Origin: Thermoproteota archaeon
Lineage (GTDB): Archaea > Korarchaeota > JAOZGF01 > JAOZFZ01
Length of the DNA: 19,135 bases
Assembly: GCA_027492035.1 (NCBI GenBank)
Contig: JAOZFT010000021.1
Location: forward strand, 1 to 19,135
Reading direction: 5' to 3'
A program made the position numbers and the translations under genes. A model generated the notes under the pieces. It did not search any database. It was not told the origin of the DNA and saw only the letters and a program-made list of their open reading frames with translations. This document shows positions 16,452-19,135 of the stretch, piece by piece; within the stretch, counting starts at the first letter, position 1; each line of letters begins with the position of its first letter.

Positions 16452-17123
16452 ATGGGTTCACTTAGTGAAATTGAGGAGAGAATTTATAGGTTTGTTAAAA
16501 AGAATGTTTCAGGAAGTGACTTAGCCCATGCCATGGATCATGTGGAATGTGTAGTGAAGTTTGTGAAGAAGATAGGTGCTGAAGAGAAGGTGAACATGAA
16601 AATTTTGTTGGCTGCAGCCTACCTTCATGACATAGTTCCAAGAAACAGAGTAAAGGGAAATAGTTCACATTATGTGGAAAGTGCACGTAAGGCTGAAGAA
16701 TTTTTGCAAAAGATAGGTTTCGAAAAGGAAGAAATAAAAGGAGTAATTGGTGCTATCTTAACTTCCTCTTACGAGGCTTATTTGAGAGGGGTGAAACCTG
16801 CATCTAGGGAAGCTGAAGTCTTAAGGGATGCCGACTTATTAGATGCTATGGGTGCTAGAGGAATAGCCAGAGTTTTTGCTTTCGCGGGATATTACGGCTC
16901 ATCTGAACTTGGAAAAGTAAACTGGGACCCTGAAAATCCTCCAAAGTACAAAATGAACACCGAAGGGCCTGACCCTAACCCTATTTATCACTTCGCCTCC
17001 AAGCTTTTGAGGCTGAAAAAATTAATGTTAACAGCGACAGGGAGAAGGTTAGCTGAGGAGCGACATAGGTTCATGGTTGAGTTTTTGAAAAGGTATAAGT
17101 TGGAGATGGAGTGTAAACTATGA
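16452..17123 (+). CDS. HD-domain metal-dependent phosphohydrolase. The ATG at 16452 has AGGTGG 5 nt upstream; the ORF track starts at a GTG at 16443.
   Basis: HD signature: H (AHAMDHVE) ... HD (AAAYLHDIV) ... downstream D (LRDADLLDAMGARG). Confidence 0.7.
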   Translation: MGSLSEIEERIYRFVKKNVSGSDLAHAMDHVECVVKFVKKIGAEEKVNMKILLAAAYLHDIVPRNRVKGNSSHYVESARKAEEFLQKIGFEKEEIKGVIGAILTSSYEAYLRGVKPASREAEVLRDADLLDAMGARGIARVFAFAGYYGSSELGKVNWDPENPPKYKMNTEGPDPNPIYHFASKLLRLKKLMLTATGRRLAEERHRFMVEFLKRYKLEMECKL

Positions 17124-18045
17124 ATTTTTTCAAGGGAGAAGTAATCCTTCACAGGTTTTTAGCGTGGAAAGTTAAGCTAGGAACCCAGAACTGAAAATTT
17201 AGAAAAGAGGTTTTCTTTCGGAAATAAGGGGGTGGAAGGAAGTGGATGTTAAGGATGTTGAGAGAATTGGCGTGTTAGGTGCTGAGTAATGGGCATGAAA
17301 CGGCGTAAACTGTTGCAAAAGTCTGTTATGAAACTTGTTTTATGAGATGTTTCCGACAAAATTCTTAAAAAGGCTTTAAAACTTGTAAAAGAGGGGCCTT
17401 TAGCCTTAAAAACTTGTTGAAGGAGGTAAAGTGACTGACAAAGAAGTGGAAGAAGTTTTGAAGAGGATAGAACCACTATAAACCTTAAAGTTTTCGATAA
17501 AGACCTGGATTTATTGATTAAAGACAGTGTTTTGAAAATAGCTAGTTTGAAAAGAAAATTTTTTCAGAGCTTGACCCATTTTGTCCAGAAAAAACAGTTT
17601 TTGCCTCAAACATTCGGAAATAATGATAATAGACCTCGCCTCCGAAGTTAAGAGGTAACAAAAATTTATTGGCATGTCTTGGTTCAATCCAGCGCATGTT
17701 ACACGCCTCATTGAAGTTGCGAATGGAATGAATACCCCCGATGAAACCTTCAATTCCATCAGGGATTTTTCAAAGAAAATCGGGAAAGCTCCTGTTGAAA
17801 GCCAAAGATAGATCCAGTTTCTTCACAGCAGGATTTATCACATACTGGTCATTTGAAGCGATTAATTTTTTCGAGTTAGGGTTGGAGCACAAAGAAGGAG
17901 GAGAAATAGCTTTGCAGGGAAAAAAGAAGAGTATCAAAACATTCCTTCCTCTTCCTCCACCAGAAACCTGAGTCTATTGTTAATGTTCAACCCTTACCCT
18001 AGAATTGATGAACTTACGTATTTCAAACTTCTTAATACTTTCTCC

Positions 18046-18816
18046 TTAAGGGTTAAACCCTCCCTTTTTAAGTAAGTAAATGGCTAAAACTGTTACAGTT
18101 ACTATTGCAACCACGGCAGCTATAAAGTAAAGTAGGTAATTAAGATTTGGAGGTGGAGTTTGGGTTGGAAGAGGTGAAGGAGTAACTGAGGTTTTTTGAG
18201 GCTGCAAAGTGACAGTTTCAGTCCACCAAACATGGGCATGGCAGTGGCCATTAGGTTCTTGCCATGCTTTATAGGGTTTTTCTTTCAAAGGCAGCAGAAT
18301 AGTTATTGTTGTTGAAACGTTGTTGATGGTTCCTTTCCAAGACAGGCTGTTTCTCGCTTCTTTGAAATTGTCTTCGATAAAATCTAGTTGGGAGGGTTTC
18401 AGAAGCCAGAAGAAGTCAGCTGTATATTTGTTCCCGTTTTTCGAAATGCACCCCTGGATTTCACAGTTAAGTGTAGTGGATCTTTTTCCTTCGTTAAAGT
18501 CAATTTTTATCCCTGTAACCTTTAAGTTCCAATTTGCTGCTTCATTAGTAAATGTTGACATCACCATTTTCACGAAATCATCTTTGTCTTGCAGTATACT
18601 TTGAAATCTTTTTTTATTCCAAGTGATTTCTTCAGAGTAGAGAATGGTAGTATCCTTCACAGCCAAAGTAATGTTTCTACTTGTTATTCCTCCTTGGTTT
18701 AAAAAATTTTCTTCTGCTTTACAAGAAGGAACAATGGAGGAAAAGGGATAAATAAAGTTTAGGGTGGAGAGTAGAGTTAGACCCATTAAAATTGCAGCTG
18801 TTTTCTTTAGAAACAT
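18046..18816 (-). CDS. Exported protein with an N-terminal signal peptide, a C-terminal Pro/Thr-rich linker, a single TM helix and a short basic tail (sorting/anchor-signal-like).
   Basis: N-terminus MFLKKTAAILMGLTLLSTLNFIYPFSS (hydrophobic core after a basic n-region). C-terminus TSVTPSPLPTQTPPPNLNYLLYFIAAVVAIVTVTVLAIYLLKKGGFNP. Internal His-rich patch GHCHAHVWW. Confidence 0.6.
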   Translation of the reverse strand: MFLKKTAAILMGLTLLSTLNFIYPFSSIVPSCKAEENFLNQGGITSRNITLAVKDTTILYSEEITWNKKRFQSILQDKDDFVKMVMSTFTNEAANWNLKVTGIKIDFNEGKRSTTLNCEIQGCISKNGNKYTADFFWLLKPSQLDFIEDNFKEARNSLSWKGTINNVSTTITILLPLKEKPYKAWQEPNGHCHAHVWWTETVTLQPQKTSVTPSPLPTQTPPPNLNYLLYFIAAVVAIVTVTVLAIYLLKKGGFNP

Positions 18817-18972
18817 TTAATTTTCTTCTCCCCCTTAACTTCTTCTTAATAAGGAGAATTATTTCATTTCTTGATTTTTATTTTTTCCTTTGAAAGTCTT
18901 TTAGGAGTTAACGATGTTTGAAACCCTTCAATAGTATCTTTTTCAAGAAAGGGAAGGTTTGTTGAGGAGAGA

Positions 18973-19135
18973 TTACTTTGTTACTTTCTCTATTCTCCAG
19001 ACAGGGTGGATTTCACTCCATGAACCATGGTCAGTGTCTACTACCCAGACACCTGTAAATTTTATGTAGTCCCCTTTTTCTGGGGAAGCTACTTCGTTTT
19101 GGTTCCCTGGAACTATTTCAACGTGAATGCATCCC
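18973..19135 (-). CDS. 3' end (C-terminal 53 aa) of a minus-strand gene that continues past the window edge. Hypothetical.
   Basis: Open frame from the window end to a TAA at 18973-18975 (on the complement): GCIHVEIVPGNQNEVASPEKGDYIKFTGVWVVDTDHGSWSEIHPVWRIEKVTK*. Below the ORF-track length cutoff. Confidence 0.35.
   Translation of the reverse strand, partial: GCIHVEIVPGNQNEVASPEKGDYIKFTGVWVVDTDHGSWSEIHPVWRIEKVTK

Noticed and set aside
6904-16686. Other embedded ORFs: 6904..7095(+), 8284..8490(-), 9412..9801(-), 12016..12231(-), 12945..13136(-), 13075..13548(-), 14007..14264(-), 16184..16381(+), 16495..16686(-) and 18320..18604(+).
   Set aside because: Each is antisense to or out-of-frame within a well-supported gene (membrane protein, nnr, RNase, PanK-like, mtaD, PRTase, HD, exported protein), with no independent support.
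17686-17702. tRNA-like T-loop GGTTCAATCC.
   Set aside because: The flanks cannot form a T-stem or acceptor stem. No cloverleaf is possible. No tRNA T-loop signatures were found elsewhere on either strand.
17249-17971. ORFs 17249..17476(-), 17511..17759(-) and 17741..17971(+) in the gene-poor stretch.
   Set aside because: The translations lack domain-like composition, have no SD/ATG context and overlap one another. Treated as non-coding or decayed, and reported as a finding instead.
1-19135. CRISPR arrays, IS elements, integrases and prophage signatures.
   Set aside because: There are no regularly spaced direct repeats, no transposase/integrase-like ORFs and no long terminal inverted repeats. 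The only tandem repeat is the 2x13-mer at 6373-6398.

Overview
AT-rich chromosomal segment that looks archaeal. Supporting evidence: an archaeal-type AlaRS with an N-terminal Cys cluster, an Nnr of the type that is ADP-dependent in archaea, a 5-methylthioadenosine/S-adenosylhomocysteine deaminase (MtaD/DadD-like), dodecin, a beta-CASP RNase, Shine-Dalgarno-like GGAGGT/GGTG motifs upstream of many starts, and several genes where only TTG can serve as the start. Content is mostly housekeeping and salvage: alaS, a cyclase-family hydrolase, stomatin/SPFH, two orphan membrane proteins, nnr, a beta-CASP ribonuclease, a type-II pantothenate-kinase-like ASKHA ATPase, MTA/SAH deaminase, dodecin, a Gpt-like purine PRTase, an HD hydrolase and an exported anchored protein. 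I could not find rRNA, tRNA, a CRISPR array, an integrase or transposase, or long terminal repeats. The candidates for something new are: (i) an orphan, multi-domain Pol-beta-superfamily nucleotidyltransferase (9937..11067, minus) with an unrecognised Cys-containing N-terminal module, standing alone between convergent and divergent neighbours; (ii) a ~0.9 kb stretch without a convincing ORF (17124..18045) that may hold a decayed gene or an unannotated RNA; (iii) a 530-aa polytopic membrane protein ending in a SpoIIM/DUF95-like domain; (iv) a long 5' region with an SD-led uORF abutting the RNase gene. I do not see a clearly defined multi-gene defence or mobile system in this window and will not claim one. 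All start coordinates are provisional because the ORF track reports the longest ATG/GTG/TTG-initiated frame.
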